Below, piece by piece: positions 61,788-64,000 of a stretch of DNA of 64,000 nucleotides. A program made the position numbers and the translations under genes. The stretch is from positions 80,044,001 to 80,108,000 of the forward strand of contig NW_024704742.1 of assembly GCF_018977255.1 (NCBI RefSeq), read 5' to 3'. Under the pieces are notes generated by a model. The model searched no databases and was not told the DNA's origin. It saw nothing but the letters and a program-made list of their open reading frames with translations. How positions within the stretch are numbered: position 1 is the first letter of the stretch; every line of letters starts with the position of its first letter. This stretch comes from Callorhinchus milii (Eukaryota).

Positions 61788-62150
61788 CACCTGAGCTGGG
61801 GTTTGGGATCAGGGAGGGTTGAGGGCAGGAGAGAAGGAGGGTGGCCGAAGGCACGGATGAAGAGGAAGGTCTTAAGACAGGTCTTGAAGGAGGCAAGGGA
61901 GGGGTGTGTTGGAGGGACTGCGGGATGGAGTTCCAGAGGGTGGGGGCAGAGTGGCTGAAGGCTCACTTGCCAATGGTGGGTGGCGAGTCGGGGGAGGTAA
62001 AGCAGACCGGAGCCTGCTGAGCGGAGGGGGTGGGCAGGTTGGTAGGAGGTTAGGAGGTCGCAGAGGTAGGGGGGAGCGAGGCCATTGAGGGCTTTGCAAA
62101 AGAGACCAGGATTTTGAACTCTATCCTCTGTGTGATGGGAAGCCAGAGAC
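61788..62150 (-). mobile_element. L2 3' fragment
   Basis: KALNGLAPPYLCDLL..LRSAGSGLL..SLASFKTCLKTFLF in ORF 61787..62152. Confidence 0.88.
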
Positions 62151-62169
62151 AACTGCAGAGATTGGGTAT

Positions 62170-63130
62170 TTCATATCAATGGTTTCTGGCATTAAAATAT
62201 CTAAATACATAGATGGTTAGGAATGGGAATAAATGTTTGGGATGTTGATGAAGAGAAATAGTAAAATACTCAACAAAATACAATGGTTCTATTGCAGCTG
62301 GAATCAGATCTGGAAACTTGGAAAACTTGGAAAATAAGTTGCAATGGTTGAAGAGTATAGTTGTGAGCATAGAAAGATATTCTGTCATTTGGATTGAATA
62401 TTTTCAGGGACGAGACATGTACTACTCTGACTGTTTTTTCAGGGAATTAAACAAATGGGGTAGAGTCTAAGAATATCTGTTTAGCTGGACATTTAAAATC
62501 CCATGGCACTATTTGAAAAGAGAAGGGAATTTCTACTCATGTCCTGGCCAACAATCCCCCAAATTAATTGTTGACATGTTCACCTACAAAATACAGTCAC
62601 CACTCTTTACAGTATATCCTGTGAAGAGCTTTGAGACATCCTCCCAACATGAAAATTGGCATAACAAATGGAAGGCTTATTATTAATAATATACAGTAGA
62701 TTGTACAAATTATATTGAAGGAATGGGCATTGTACAATGGCTATTGAAGGAATAGACTTGACTGCTGAATATTCTTTCATTCTCATTCTTTGCTTCTTTG
62801 TGCCTAATCTCAAGCATGTAAATCAAAAGGCATCTGGTGAAGCATAACTGGAAGCTGAGAAAAGGTGCACCCTTGAGTCATTCTCAAAGATGAATTAGCC
62901 TCAAGACATATGTTACTGCCGGCTTACAACTTTCGCTGACAGAATGTACAATAAAGGCACTTTGAAGGTGGGCATCTTTGGAGGGGAGGGAACCTGTGAC
63001 ATGACGATGGTTGAATAATGTTTATGTGAAGATGGAAAAATATTCTGGAATTATATTTGATTACATTGAGGAATAGAGATAAATGATGCAGAACCTTTCC
63101 TTAGGGAATGGATTAAGTGGGATAGATTCC
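62170..63130 (+). mobile_element. Very old L1-like ORF2 scraps (62170-62410, 62975-63130) flanking a Deu SINE remnant (62480-62690)
   Basis: LESDLETWKTWKISCNG resembles the IxxDLxRWxxLxLSLxGR motif. W..EPVT..WLNN..MEK and FLREWIKW resemble the fish L1 C-terminus. Highly degenerate. Confidence 0.35.
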
Positions 63131-63459
63131 AAGATTGGATAAATAGTGCAGGGTCTGACGGAGGCAACAGTGCTTTGAGTCAGCCAGGTTTCACTGGCAT
63201 GTGTGCCAGTCGGTGCTGGCAAGAAACCAACCCTGAGGTGGGACTGATTTTAATTGGCCTGGATCTGTATCCAATTTTTGTAAATATAATGCATAACTGC
63301 TTCCTGACTCACTGAGTCGGGAAGCCCACAGGGGTCAGTTCCCTTCTTGACTTACTCTAGTCAGTGGCCCAGTGAAAGTAATTGATGTACGTGATGGCTG
63401 GAACCACTGATCAAAAACATTTGGTTTGACTTGAAAAATGGCACAAGTTTGCGCAAATC

Positions 63460-63595
63460 TGTAGGGAGAAAGGTTGTCAGGAAAGGCCAGCTCACTCGCT
63501 TCATTTAAAAAGCAGCTTGATGCTGTGATCGAAAGATGGTAGAGTGGTGATGAGGTCAAATTGATCTTTTTCATTCAAGCTAATCTTGTGAATTT
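63460..63595 (+). mobile_element. CR1 3' end
   Basis: TTCATTTAAAAAGCAGCTTGATGCTGTGAT shared with 50080-50105. Confidence 0.65.
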
Positions 63596-63737
63596 TTATA
63601 TGACATATCCTGGTTGTTATTGAGAGACTAACCACACTATTAGAATCCCTTCACTCACTGCCTGCCAGGGTGAACTCATTAAAAAGGAAACATTGAAACC
63701 AACAAGTGTTTGACTATTTATTTGTAAGCATGCAAAG

Positions 63738-63948
63738 CAATAATAATCCCTCCAAAACAAAAAACAATAATAAATTGGTCACTTCAATCCACGATTGTTT
63801 GTGGGACACTACTGTGTGCAATTGGCTGCCGCGTTTTGCCCACAAATATACGGTCAATTCACTTTACAGCATATTCTGTGAAGCGCTTTGAGATGTCTAG
63901 AAGACGTGAAAAGCGCTATATCAAATGCAAGGATTATTATTATTATTA
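63738..63948 (+). mobile_element. tRNA-SINE 3' two-thirds
   Basis: AATAATAATCCCTCCAAAAC...GTGAAGCGCTTTGAGATGTCTAGAAGACGTGAAAAGCGCTATATCAAATGCAAGG(ATT)n. Confidence 0.9.
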
Positions 63949-64000
63949 ATGAAGCAAATCCTTTGAAATATTGCAAGCAATATAATGGATCAAAATGCCC

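Overview
Non-bacterial, AT-rich vertebrate DNA, either intronic or intergenic. The repeat repertoire (Deu-domain SINEs, abundant L2, CR1, Penelope) suggests a cartilaginous fish, possibly a chimaera; this is inference. I recognise no intact host protein-coding gene. All long ORFs in the track are decayed retroelement pieces or their antisense shadows. The window is a nested mosaic of: (1) L2-clade LINEs with at least two distinct 3' tails, three of them long, internally deleted copies (4440-6980, 47085-48910, 52230-54835); (2) a young tRNA(Ala)-headed SINE in long and short forms, carrying a Deu-domain 3' half and an L2-type tail hairpin; (3) older Deu-domain SINEs; (4) CR1 3' fragments; (5) Penelope-like elements with a GIY-YIG remnant and hammerhead-ribozyme motifs; (6) a hAT MITE; (7) very old L1-like scraps and an R4/Dong-type endonuclease fragment that the ORF track missed; and (8) an unclassified ~550-bp retroposed family with a 3' hairpin and A-tail in five copies. 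Other notable structures are a perfect 66-bp palindrome, a 69-bp hairpin mini-element, a 200-bp local duplication and several unverified + strand exon candidates. I found no convincing wholly new biological system. The best leads are the unclassified family and the SINE/LINE tail-loop switch. Old-repeat boundaries are approximate and were set by eye.
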